Below are positions 51,998 through 64,000 of a stretch of DNA of 64,000 nucleotides, piece by piece. The position numbers and the translations under genes are program-made. Below the pieces are notes generated by a model. That model saw only the letters and a list, made by a program, of their open reading frames with translations, was not told the origin of the DNA and ran no database searches. Source of the stretch: Rhizophagus irregularis. Taxonomy: Eukaryota. How positions within the stretch are numbered: the stretch's first letter is position 1; each line of letters opens with the position of its first letter. Location: assembly GCF_026210795.1 (NCBI RefSeq), contig NC_089433.1, positions 2,294,001 to 2,358,000 of the forward strand. The letters are read 5' to 3'.

Positions 51998-52984
51998 ATG
52001 AAAAATCGTATTTCCTCAAAGTCTAAACCTAAAATTACATCTTCAACAATGAAAAATTCTCAAAATAACGTCAAAGTTCTTAATATTAAACGTTCAGATT
52101 ATCTTTCTTATGATGATTTGAGGTCAATGAGAAAAAAAGTTAATGAATTAACTACATTAAATTACGATAATGAAGAATCAAATAATATTAATATTACTGA
52201 TGACACAGGAGATTTTATGCAAGATTTTAATAAAAATTTTGAAGAAAATTATTCAGGAGTTATTTCTATTGCTACATTATTCTGTACTATTAATAAATTA
52301 TTTGAAGATGTTGGATGGAAATTTTCTAATTATAATAAATTAGATGTTAGTAAATGTGAATTGACTAATCTTATAACCAAACAAAAATTTAAAATTAACA
52401 TATCTTTTGATGAAGGTTATGAAGCTGATATTAAAGAACATAGAATGAAAAAGAAAAATGAAAAACCTGAATATTTTCATGTTTATGATAACGATGAATC
52501 AAAATATTTGTATATGAATAATGATGATGATATTAAAAGTAAAGTTGTTGATTTAAATGATGTGAAGATTATTAATGGAGTTCATGATGAAAATACTATC
52601 GATGGAAAATTACATGCTTATTCCGCTGCAAGAACAAGAATTAAAAGAAATTTACCTGATCTTCAAGAAGAAATTTATGTTATTCTTGAAGAGGTTAGTG
52701 ATGAGATAAAAAATAGAGTAACACATTTTGATGATCCTTTCTCTCTACTTAAAATTTTTGAAGAGAATTCTCACGAAATTAAGAATTCAACGAAAGAAAA
52801 ATTCGATTGTGATGACGATCAAGAATATTTAACAAGAGAATATGAAAAAATTGAAAATAATAGTTATCATTTCGTATTGGTTGAAGGGATTAACAACGTT
52901 AATAGTGAAGAAAGGCAGATTACAATGCTACCGACAAACCAAAGTTTAATGACAACGAACCCTTCTAAAGATTTTTATTACTAG
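51998..52984 (+). CDS. Hypothetical acidic, Asn-rich protein, 328 aa, intronless
   Basis: 987-nt uninterrupted ORF in very AT-rich DNA; no domain recognised. Confidence 0.7.
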   Translation: MKNRISSKSKPKITSSTMKNSQNNVKVLNIKRSDYLSYDDLRSMRKKVNELTTLNYDNEESNNINITDDTGDFMQDFNKNFEENYSGVISIATLFCTINKLFEDVGWKFSNYNKLDVSKCELTNLITKQKFKINISFDEGYEADIKEHRMKKKNEKPEYFHVYDNDESKYLYMNNDDDIKSKVVDLNDVKIINGVHDENTIDGKLHAYSAARTRIKRNLPDLQEEIYVILEEVSDEIKNRVTHFDDPFSLLKIFEENSHEIKNSTKEKFDCDDDQEYLTREYEKIENNSYHFVLVEGINNVNSEERQITMLPTNQSLMTTNPSKDFYY

Positions 52985-53425
52985 CGCTTTCGATAATATG
53001 ATTATACCCTAAAAAAGTATTGAAATTTCAATTTGATAATAATGAAATAATGATGAATAAATAAATAGTTTGATCCATTCTTGCTTAATATTCAGGAGAA
53101 ATGTGTAATGCTTTTATGCTATGAATTAATATTATTTAAAAATTATTGCAAAAATAAAATAAATCAAGCGCACGTGCATTTTACTAAATTTATGTCTTAC
53201 AATGGTGCTTTACCAATTAAGCTGTTCATTTTTTTGATTAATATATATTAAGCTATCAAAGGGTAGGCGCTCTGTATTGTGTGACAATCTGTGTAATTAT
53301 AAATAACAACTACGTTATTTAATGAATAATAAATAACTTCCTCTACTACAAAAAAAATTTTTTTCAATTTTTATTTTTATTTAAAAGAAAAAAAAAATTA
53401 TTTTGTAAAAATTTAGAGGAAAATT

Positions 53426-55956
53426 ATGAGTAAAGAAAAAGTAAATAGGGACCTTCCTTCTCCTTCTGAGATAGTAATAGAAAAATATGGTAGGTCAAGA
53501 GAAGATAACTCCAGTGATACTAGTAGTGTAAGAGGAAGAGGAAGACTTAAAGCTTTAACTAAAAAAGTTATTGCTGCTAATCGTCTTCTTTCAGGTATAT
53601 AATTAAGCATTTCTTACTTTAATTTATTCCATTACAAGTTTATTATAATTTTTGCTTCTTTTTTTTCTTTTATTTATAGCCGAACAAATTCATTTAGCTG
53701 GTCAAGACCCAGGAATTGACCCAAAATCTGTTGATTATGATATTCATGTAAGTTAATTTAAATTTAACATGCACTCTTAAATACTTTTGATTAACAATTA
53801 CATTGCCACAAACCGTGAAATATTACAGACCAGATGTAAAATTTTTTGTGCGGATTTTAGCGAGAAAGATGCAACAACGGTTAAGAATTTAACTAATGAA
53901 TCACTAGAAGAATTTCTTCAAAAAGAACGTCCTCCAGAAAGTAGAGTTCGATGGATTAATATTGATGGAATTTCATGGGACGTTATTAAAATTCTTTCAA
54001 TCCATTACGGTATGTCAAGTTGGTAACACTACTGCGGATTTGGCTATGATTTGTTTTGATGGTGTCACAATAAAATTCGAATTTTATTGGTTAAAATAAA
54101 TTTATTCGAGTACCAATTAATTAGTAACATATTAAAGTTTTTTTTAATTTCAGATTTACATCCACTGGCTATTGAAGACAGTTTGCAGGGTGACCAACGT
54201 AAGAAGCAAATAAATTTTAATACTATCTGATATCTAAATTGTTTAATTTCTGACTTTTAGTCAATTCACCTTAAAGGAACAAAATTGGATCAATATCAAA
54301 ATCATCTTTACGTCTCGCTATTACTTCATTCCCTGGTTGAACCAACTGATAAAAAAAATGGTGAAAGAAATAGTGAAAGAAATAGTGAAAGAAATAGTGA
54401 AATAAATAGTGAAATAAATGATGAATCGGATGAAAAGACGAGAACGAGATATCGTAAAGACTTATTAACTATGAATCATCGTGAAGATAGTATATATTTG
54501 GAGACTCATAGACTCCTCAGAAAACAAAAATTACACGTTACTGTCGAACAAGTTAGCATTTTCTTACTAGAAAATCGTAAGTTTTATAATTTTAGATCTT
54601 TCTATTTGGTTTAATTATTGTATTAACATATTGTTCTTTTCGGAAATCATAAGATATTCTTATTACCATATTCAAGTGTAGCGGAAGCTCTGTTTATAGA
54701 CCCATCCTTGCGCGTATTAATCAACCTAAAACTTTATTAAGAACTGCTCAAGAAGCAAGTTTATTAATGGAAGCCGTAATTGATGGTATTGTGGATTTGT
54801 AAGTTTCCACTAGATCAACTCAAATGATTATTATAAGATTTGTAAATAAAAATTATTTATTTTCTTGTAGAGCTATTCCAATTAAGGATTCGTATCGACA
54901 TCAGATAGCTGAGTTGGAGGGAAAATTATTAATAAGGCCAAAAATGGATTATACGCGTGGTAAGCCATTTAATTAATCTAACTATTTAAGCTCTATTATT
55001 TGTTAATTGTTTATTTTCAGAGCTTCATATTATTTCGGGAGAATTGACTATTCTTAAAAGAACTTTGGGACCTGTTCAAGGTTTGGTTACTTTGTTGAGA
55101 GAACATAGTGATGAGAAAAATCTTATTTCTAATTTGGCTAGAACTTATTTTATGGACGTGTCGGTAAGTTTAAACATCTAATATTTATGACTTTTATGTA
55201 ATATTTCGATATAATTGTTCGTAACCTTATTTTGATGAATAGGATCATATTATAGAAATTGTAGATGATTTAGATACTATGACTAAAATAACAGAGAACT
55301 TAGTTAATATGGTTCGTATTATTAATTATTTAGTTAATAATTAAGTTTTTTGTTCTTAGATTATGATATTAATAAACATTTTTAAATTTCGCTTTAGATT
55401 TTCAATTTGATTGCTTATGAGGTATCGTGTTGGATAATATTCTTTTATTTATCTTAATATTCTTAAGATTAACATCTTTTCTTTTTAAAAATAGACAAAT
55501 GAAAACATGAGAATAATTGCAATATTTAGTATTGTTTTCTTGCCGATGACTTTCATAGCAGGATGTAAGTAGATATTGAAGATCGTGAAATTTGTTTATA
55601 CATGATAATAGACAGCTTAGCTTTTGTTCTTTCTTTTAGTTTTCGGAATGAACTTTTCAAAATTTCCTGAACTGAATTATGATATGAGGTATTTTGTCTT
55701 AATGGATATTCTGTAACATAAGTTTCTTGAGTAGATATTGTAAATAAATAATAATAATGATACCTTATTTTATAGTTACTTTTGGTGGGTTACTGGAGTT
55801 AGTACTGCAATAATGTTTATGGTAGGGACTTATTCCATATGGATAAAATGGGTTTCTAGATTTTTCAGGTATTTACAAAGGAAAAGGAATATGTCAGCTC
55901 GAAAATCTGATAGACGAGAAATAGAAAAAAGAAATCTGGTAACAGACGAGAAATAG
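53426..55956 (+). CDS. CorA-family Mg2+/divalent cation transporter (many short exons)
   Basis: VRWINIDGIS, LHPLAIED, VEQVSIFL; C-terminal NENMRIIAIFSIVFLPMTFIAGFFGMNF with the GMN motif and two transmembrane helices. Confidence 0.92.
54361..54420 (+). repeat. 12-bp coding minisatellite (SERN/SEIN repeats) inside the CorA gene
   Basis: Five copies of GTGAAAGAAATA / GTGAAATAAATA. Confidence 0.85.
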
Positions 55957-56330
55957 AAAAAAGCTTATAAAATTTTGATTGTGTTGTGGGTTTTCTTAAT
56001 CAATAAATTTATTTAATTTATTTAATTTATTATTAATTTGAAAAATAGACTTTGTAGAGAAAGTATTAATAATTTTATTAAATTTTATAAAAAAAAAATT
56101 ATAAAATATTGGGGTAATTATAGAGGTCTCGTGAACCGCAAACAGTTTACGTAATTGTCACAAGATCGCGATTCGCGAAGCGGAAGTTAATGACGTAGTG
56201 ATTTACAAATAAATATTTGTTCAGATGACGGATAAAATTTTGTTTTCCTGATTTCCTTCCTTTGATAGTATAATATCAATAAAATTTTTTGTGTATTAAA
56301 CGCCCTTTTTCAAACTCAAAAAAAAAGAAA

Positions 56331-57737
56331 ATGTCTCTCGGAATTAATAGTTATAGTTACAACCAATTAATCACCGAAATACAAATAAAAATGCAAAATA
56401 TATTTCGAACAATGAATACAAAATATTGGACAAGTGGAAATAATCAAATCGATGAAATTATAAGAGCGTCACAACGTAGAGCAACGGATAATGAGGATCG
56501 AAATCATTTCCTTGAATGGATAAATATTCATAGATTTTCCAACATAAGATATATTTCCAGCGGAGCTTTTGGAGACGTATCTTACGCTATTTGGTTCGAT
56601 GGGCCACCTATCGATGTTGAACGAGTTAAAAGAGGCCCACCATGTGATGTTGCAATCAAGTTCTTTGATTCGATTACAGAATTTATGAAAGAGGTACGCG
56701 TCAATTTTACGTGTATTTATTATGTTGAAGTTTGGGTTATGTAATTATTTTATTTTAAATAAAAAATTATAGCTAATACATAATCATAAAATGATCGAAG
56801 CCTGTTCAAGTGCATCCGGGTATTTTATTAATCGTAATTACCTTTTAAAATTTTAAATTTTAAAATCATTGAAGAAATAAAATTTTTATCTTTTATAGAT
56901 TTGGAAATCTCATTCACGTTTATGGGGTCACGAGAGGCTTAAATGGAAATTATGGAATTGTAATGCAATACGCGTCAGAAGGAAGTCTTGATTCATTTTT
57001 AAAGAATAATTGGAGATATATATCATGGGAAATCAAATTAGGAATACTTAAAGATATAGCACGTGGATTAAAAAATTTACATGATGCAGGATTAATTCAC
57101 GGAGATTTGCATTGTAATAATATAATGATAACACGAGATCGGGTGAATTATTCGATTACAGCATATATCGGAGATTTTGGATTTACAAGATCAGAAGAAC
57201 GTTATACAAATCGTACACAAATTGTTGGAGTAATTCCATTTATTGCACCAGAAGTATTGGCAGGAAAAAAATATACCAAAAAAGCTGATATATTTAGTTT
57301 TGGCGTTTTAATGTATCAAATCGTTTGTAACAAAAAACCATTTTTTGATCAAAATCATAATTTTCGACTGGCAAGATCTATATATGAAGGGTTACGACCT
57401 CAATTTAATAGAGATTTAATGCCTATATGTTATGAAACTTTAATGAGAAATTGTTGGAATTATTGTCAAAGAAGTCGTCCTAAATCCGAAAAACTGTATG
57501 AAAAATTTTCTGAGTGGGAAAGTAGTGTTTATGAAAGAGATTCTCCTTTTGAACAATATAGGTTAATAGCTGTTCCTTTACCTAATAAATGTGATCATCA
57601 GTTCGCTGTTTATACAACTCGTGTCTGGTGAGTTATTTATTTATTCTTGAATTTTTTTTAGTTAAATCTTTTGTTAATAATTATTTAAATATTTTAGGCA
57701 TTCACCACTTGCCCATTCATATTCAAAAAAAAAATAG
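56331..57737 (+). CDS. Tyrosine-kinase-like protein kinase (Glomeromycota-expanded type), 4 exons
   Basis: WTSGNNQIDEIIR, FLEWI, SSGAFGDV, VAIK, HGDLHCNN, DFG, PFIAPE and ADIFSFG motifs. Confidence 0.92.
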
Positions 57738-58176
57738 AAAACGTTAGCTGTAATGTATAAAATTTTTAAAAAAAGTACGAATTATCAGTTATGGAAACTT
57801 AAAAAATAAAGACTTTTTTTTTAAAAAAATTTCAAACTAAATAATTAAGTTTAAATAACTCTTAACCGGTCTTATCCGTCAGTCCGGACTCAAAAACGGT
57901 TGAGAAGAGAAATTGTATGAACTGGTCGTGCAAATCGTTTTTGTTTCCCAAATTAGATTAGAAATAGTATGTTAATTGCCGATTTCAGTTTATAAAAATT
58001 CATCAGTACAGAGAGAAATCTTTGATCGTTGAAAAAATTTCTTAGTTTAGAATATCATATGACTAAATCGAAAATTATTAAAATTATGATTATTTTTATA
58101 ATGTAATTTATTATATGCACTTTTGTATTGTAAAAATGAAGTGACTAATTTATTTATAATTCAATCATTTTGCGAT

Positions 58177-59430
58177 TTAAAAATAACCATTACCATTACC
58201 AGAAGGTTCAACTCTCTGAAGCCTAAAATTTTTAAAAGGAGAATTCCGTTTATAATAATTTTCTTCCCATTCACAAAATCTTGCATAAAGAGTTTCAGCC
58301 TTAGGACGATTTCTTTTCCCATTACTCCAACAATTTCTCATTAAACTTTCATAACAATGAGGCATTAAATCTCTATTAAATCCAGGTCGACGACCATTAA
58401 GAATATCATTAGCTAATCTATGTTTATAATGTCTATACCGCTCTGGTCTTGTATTGGTAGCTACTTGATACATTATTAATCCAAAACTATAAATATCAGC
58501 TTTTTTAGTATATCCTTCGCCCAACAATAACTCTGGAGCCATATACGGAATTACATTTTTTTGTATTCTTGAATTACTTTCATTACTTTCATCTGTTCTA
58601 CATAATCCGAAATCTCCTAAATATCCCGTAGGATGATCATAAAGATTTGTTGAAATCATTACGTTTCTGGTATGTAAATCTCCGTGAATTAATCCTGCAT
58701 CGTGTAATTTTAACAAACCATGCGCTGCATCTTTAAGAATTCCCAATTTTTCTTTCCAAGTTATAGATTCCCAATTATTTTCTAAATATTTTTCAAGATT
58801 TCCACTATTTAAGTATTCCATGACAATTCCATAATTTCCATTTTCATAATCTCTTGTTGCTCCGTAGATATGAACAAGATTTTCTAATCTATGAAATAAC
58901 GAAAAAAAAAAATATTAATATGTAAAAAAAAAAAATATTAGTATTTTATAAATATTTACCCGGAAGCTCTTGGACAAGTTCCAATAATCTTGTAAGTTTT
59001 TATAAGCTAATATAAAAAAAAAAATATGTATATATATATATAAAAAAAACTCGTGATACTTATTTTATTTTATATTTATTTTTTATGAGCGTACCTCATT
59101 AAAAAATTCTTTATCCTTTTTAAAAAATTTAACAACGATGAAACATTCTCCCTTCCTATTAAATAACCTATCAAATATATCAGCGCTATTTGATGGACCA
59201 TCTTTCCAGATAGCGGAATATATTTCACCAATTCCTCCTCTTGAAATATATTTAAAATTTACTAATTTATTAAATTCAATCCATTCAAGAAAATCATCAT
59301 CGTCAATTGAATTACGTTGTGATGCTTTTAAGATTTCATCAATTCGGTTGTTTCCACTAGATATATTATTATCATAAGGTCCCAAAAATCTTGCGAGAGC
59401 TTTCATTAAATCTTCATTAAATTGGGTCAT
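58177..59430 (-). CDS. Tyrosine-kinase-like protein kinase, paralog of 56331-57737, 3 exons
   Basis: SSGNNRIDEIL, FLEWI, SRGGIGEI, IVVK, HGDLHTRN, DFG, PYMAPE and ADIYSFG motifs; same first two intron positions as its neighbour. Confidence 0.92.
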
Positions 59431-60586
59431 TTTTTTTTTGACTTTAAAGAAAGACGGAGACAACAAAAATCATGCACGCACGAGTTTTAGAAAACGAATG
59501 TCACACGAGGCACAGAGATCACGCGAATTCAGTTTATTTAAGTATGCTGAATTACCAAATGCGGCTTAGTTAAACTCCATAAAATTTAGTAACATTTTAT
59601 TTTATCCGAAATCCTTAAATGATACTTTGAGAGAAATGATTGTATTGAGGAATGAAGATAATAATCGTAAAAAAATGCCAAAAAGAACTTATTGGAGAAC
59701 CAAATTTGGAAAAAGAACCTTTTTATTTACGGTTAATCCACTAAAAATGGGCTCGTTATTATTGGAAGAAACTTTTGATGAGGCCTAATCATTTAGATAA
59801 AGGAACAGATCAAAACTGACATATCAGGAGAGCACAACGGAATTTCTCTTGTTCTAAAAAGCCAATTAATTTTACATGCTAAACGACAAACTATTTATTT
59901 ATTATGATAAGGGTTTATTGTACAGGTGACTTACCCAATAAAATTAAACTCTATTGTGAATAAATTAGGTTATATTAATTACACGAATGGTAAATTCAGA
60001 GATCATACCGGTTATAAACGGCAGAATACAAAATGATCGAAACTGACTCATAATTTATTCTCGGAATGATTATTTATTCTTACTAATTTTTGTAACGGCT
60101 TGATTATCTTTAAATCTAGATTAAATACAATTTAGATTTTTCATTTAATTAATTTATACGTTACACAGATTTTTCTTATTTTTGGCGCAGAATTACGTAA
60201 ATAATGATCCGATTTTTCTCCACGAAAACAAATTAATAATCAGCATAAGAGATAAATAATTTTTCATACATTGATTTATTTACTAGAAAGTTCTATCATT
60301 TGATGAAAAAAATGTATATGTATTGCCAATTTTTGCCATCATTTACTAAAAAAGCGAAAAAAAAAACAATAATAGTAATAAAATAAAATCGTCATATATT
60401 CAGATTCGTTTGCCAATTTAAGAACCTTCGTTTGAACATACTTATATTTACTTACGCCTTATATTAAGAAGATTTTTACCCGAAAATTTTTTTTAAAAAA
60501 CTAAAATTTCATAAATAAACATAAACTTAATATTTTCTGATGAAAAGTAATTTCAAAAATACTAAAAAGATTCGATTAATTTTTTG

Positions 60587-60916
60587 TTAGTGAATTATTA
60601 GTCGATTCACTTGCGCCGCTAAATTTACGTAATCATCTTTTTCATTCGGATTTGCATTTTTCCACAAATAACTAGTTACCAAGCCAATTATATTTGAACT
60701 AACATTTTGACCTTGCAATGAAACAAAATATCGTAAAAGTCTACATCCATTAATACGTTGATTGGTGTTGTTGTTTAAAAGTCCGATCATAATGTTGGGA
60801 TTTATAATTGGTGGAGGAAAGACTAACAGTCTATTCGCATTAAACACTCCTAATAACGCTTCATATTGTTGATAACTATGGTTATTGTTTATTCGTAGGG
60901 GCGTATTTTGGTTCAT
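60587..60916 (-). CDS. Small divergent HMG-box (MATA-HMG-like) protein, 109 aa
   Basis: FPPPIINP lead-in, then RINGCRLLR...IIGLVTSYLWKNANPNEKDDYVNLAAQVN, matching the HMG helix pattern W..a...EK..Y..LA. Confidence 0.72.
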   Translation of the reverse strand: MNQNTPLRINNNHSYQQYEALLGVFNANRLLVFPPPIINPNIMIGLLNNNTNQRINGCRLLRYFVSLQGQNVSSNIIGLVTSYLWKNANPNEKDDYVNLAAQVNRLIIH

Positions 60917-62561
60917 ATTTTAAAATTTGAAATTTTTATCTTATATATTAAAAATTTATACAAACTTAACAAACTTAAGAAATCTTAAAAAAAACATTAG
61001 AAATTTTCTATAGAGCTAAGCATTATGCATATATATTTATATTTTAGTTATTATATTCAATTAATACATGTACGGAATAAATAGGGAATTTTCGGAACCG
61101 TGACAAAAAGCTTTAAATTATAGCAGGAGTCATAATGAGTCACTTGTTATTCTATCGCGTTAAAATCCATAAAAAGAAAATATTTTCCTCCGATTTTAAC
61201 ACTTATTAGCACAAAAGGTAGTTTGTATTACTTGATTAAAAATGATAGTATATAAAAAGAAATTTTTATTTGTAGTTTCTACTAGAAGTTCACGCAAAAA
61301 TACAAATTTTTTTACAATGACAGTAAATTATACAAAAAATTACTTGTTTTTTTTACTACCATAGATGCCTAATGTTGAAATCGAAATACATGGATAATAT
61401 AATATTTGCCGACCAGGAACAGATAAAAATTTGTGCCGTTTACATAATTGGCCAAAAGTGATCGGCGGTAATTCGGGCCAAATTTATAGCCCCCTCCCAG
61501 AATTACGAATTTCAGATTTAATGTATATATCACGTGACTTCCCGTCCATAATTTAAATTGAAAATAAATCCTATTCCTTGGTTACATTTTCAGTCAGATT
61601 TGAGTTTATTTTGATTGGGTTAATCAGTTTGTATAATGCAACTATTTTCCGAACTTTAGAGTCTAATCCAATCTTTTTGAGTCAAATGTCAAAAAATAAC
61701 CAATTACAATTAGATAATTTCTATTTACATGATATTTTAAAAAAATATATCAATATAAGAATATAAGAAGTTTAGTCAAACTAAATTTCAATTTAAAGCA
61801 ATTCATAATTTGTGTATAACAATATCTAATTGAAAAATATGACTGATTGGAAATGAATAGGGCTATTAAAGTTATATTTAAAGTTAAAATTTTTTCAATA
61901 CTAAAATATGAATATTTTATTCCAAATCATGTAATTTTATATGTATTAATATATAATTGAAAAAATTAAAAATTTAATAAATTAATTAATTATTAGTAAA
62001 CAGTTATTTTAAACCAGTTTTTATATTTTATATATTTTTTATATAATTTATATAAATTATATTTTATTTTACTTTTTTAAAATAATTAATATTTAATAAA
62101 ACATATATATATTTTTTTTTTTTGGCTGCAGTACATTCAGAATTTTATTAGAATTTAAATAATTCAATATATGAGTAAGACAAATGGTAAAAGAAAATAA
62201 AACCTAATTAATTAAAAAACTGAATTACTTGTTAATTCAGACCAAATAACCATGTATGCACTATCAGGAAAAGCTCTGAACTGATAAAGTAAGTTTAATG
62301 TGTAATTGTTCTTTTTTAGATGGGATCCTCTTTTCCAAATTTACACTTTAAGTACTTCTCAAAACTTACTGTAATTGCAACACAAAACTCACAGTTAATG
62401 AACAAAAAAGAAATAAAAGAAGCAATAAAATAAAAGCTGAGGTAAAAAATAAAATAAAAAAAGGGTTAGTAAAATAATTCAAAGTAAGTAACTACTATAG
62501 TATCCCATTCGTCTTGCCTATAGCTCTTTTAGCTTGCCCAGTCCTCCCATCAGTTAGCAAA

Positions 62562-62838
62562 CACTGGTAAAAAAATGGTCTATCCTATACATATCCTACA
62601 CATATCTTACATATATCGGGTACTCAAAATGTAGAAAATCATACACAAATAATACACATATACAGCATATCGGGTACTTATATATATAGTATACCTATTA
62701 GGTACCTGATATATGTATGATATATATATTAGTACCCGATATGTGTATGATATGTGTATTATTTGTGTATGATTTTCTACATTTTGAGTACCCAATATGT
62801 GTAAGATATGTGTAGGATAAATCATTTTTTTACCAGTG
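62562..62838. mobile_element. CACTA/EnSpm (CMC)-type foldback MITE
   Basis: Termini CACTGGTAAAAAAATG / CATTTTTTTACCAGTG; AAA 3-bp target duplication; long near-perfect internal inverted repeat. Confidence 0.88.
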
Positions 62839-63180
62839 AAATCTACTAAGTAAACTTCATATTTCAACTAAAAGTGTTAACTTTGAAGTACTGTCAAGAT
62901 TCTTTTTCATAGTTTTTATTATTTTAGTAACGTGTTTATTCCAAGATCTTCCCTTCTATTTCTTATCTTTTAAATTTTTTGATGCTACATTTGGATTCAC
63001 CTCTTGGTTCTACTGTAATGCAAGTTCTTATTCTTTAGTGACCTACAAAATCTATTTAACTTAAGTGTAAAATATCTTATCCAAACATCTTTAAAATTTT
63101 TGAAGTTGAATTCTGTATTAGTGATTTTATTCAAATCAGCTCACATTTCAAAATATGTAATCAACTTTGAGCATCTTCAT

Positions 63181-64000
63181 TAGTGATCCGATCCTATTTC
63201 TAAATGGTCATCCGGATCCAATCCCAAATCTCTTCAGCAGATCTGGATTTCCATCCGGATCTGAAATTTTACGAATTGATCCTTAATTTAGGATCTATCC
63301 GGATTAATCCTTATTTGCATTAATTTAAGATCTATCCAGATCTATCCCAATCCGAATTTTAGCAGATCATCTGTGATCCATAAATTTTTATTGGTCCATT
63401 TACTTGAAGCTTGCGCCTTCGGAGAATTTATTTATTTTTTTTAAAAAAAAAATTAGTCCGCTAATATATTATTATAGAAATTAGTAGTTTATATTTAATA
63501 TTAATGAATATTTCATTTATTCCATATATTCTTGTTATTTATTACAAATTTAAATACTAAAAAGTAAAAAAACGGTTTAACAAATAACAATTCATAAATT
63601 CAAGGTTAATATTATTCAACTTCGTCCCACTCTTTTGCAAAAACTTCCATTGAACGGATATTCCTCTTTAAAAACAATATCTGACCCACTAAACTTGTGT
63701 CTAAACGATTTCTTTTTGCTGAAATTAGTGAACCAGCGTGAGAAAATAACCTTTCGCTTGACACAGAAGTAGCTGGAATCCCAAGGTATTTGCGGGCAAT
63801 TTGTGATAACTTTGGAAAATTTCCTGCATGAACTCGCCACCAATCCAATGGATCTTCTGCTTTCAATGCAGCTGGCATTGCCAAATAACTATCAACTTCA
63901 TCAATAGTTACAGGTGTTAACGGTTTTTTAGTCTTACTTTGACGGCGCTGGCGGTATTCTTTTTGTGAACGCAATGAAGATTCTGCACCTGAAAAAGGTA
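63181..64000 (-). mobile_element. 3' end of a hAT-superfamily DNA transposon (truncated by the window)
   Basis: Probable terminus TAGTGATCCGATCC at 63181, dense GATCC/GGATC subterminal repeats to ~63380, followed by the transposase C-terminus. Confidence 0.8.
63612..64000 (-). CDS. hAT transposase C-terminal dimerisation domain (partial)
   Basis: DEVDSYL...DPLDWWR...FPKLSQIARKYLGIPATSVSSERLFSHAG...RNRL; frame open to the window edge. Confidence 0.93.
   Translation of the reverse strand, partial: PFSGAESSLRSQKEYRQRRQSKTKKPLTPVTIDEVDSYLAMPAALKAEDPLDWWRVHAGNFPKLSQIARKYLGIPATSVSSERLFSHAGSLISAKRNRLDTSLVGQILFLKRNIRSMEVFAKEWDEVE

Noticed and set aside
62607..62867. 86-aa ORF
   Set aside because: By-product of the foldback MITE sequence
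1..64000. tRNA or rRNA genes
   Set aside because: No cloverleaf or rRNA-like segment recognised by eye; tRNAscan-SE would be decisive

Overview
AT-rich, intron-rich eukaryotic DNA with the style of an arbuscular mycorrhizal fungus (Glomeromycota, Rhizophagus-like). This assignment is inferred from base composition, short introns, HGDLH-type kinase paralogs and a divergent HMG-box gene. Bases 1-24.7 kb are a housekeeping block: MAD1, a velvet factor, phosphatidylserine synthase, a Myb/U-box protein, UTP20 and acetoacetate-CoA ligase. A 69-aa serine-palmitoyltransferase small-subunit gene missed by the ORF track lies at 29.1-29.5 kb. Bases 31.8-44.4 kb are an accessory island. It holds an intact 9-exon zinc-ribbon/PD-(D/E)XK-like nuclease gene, a C>T-eroded inverted relic of the same family, a retroelement ORF1 remnant and several MITEs. 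Bases 45-61 kb hold cytochrome c peroxidase, LSB3/YSC84, a TMEM41-like gene, an orphan ORF, a CorA transporter, two convergent kinases and an HMG-box gene. The window ends in a CACTA-type foldback MITE and the 3' end of a hAT transposon. The most striking observation is intron 1 of the nuclease gene. It is GC-rich and contains two ~91-nt modules with an identical 45-nt core and compensatory stem changes. Competing helices overlap two in-frame 5' splice sites, making it a candidate undescribed splicing-switch or ribozyme-like RNA. All exon boundaries and pairings were worked out by eye and no searches were run.
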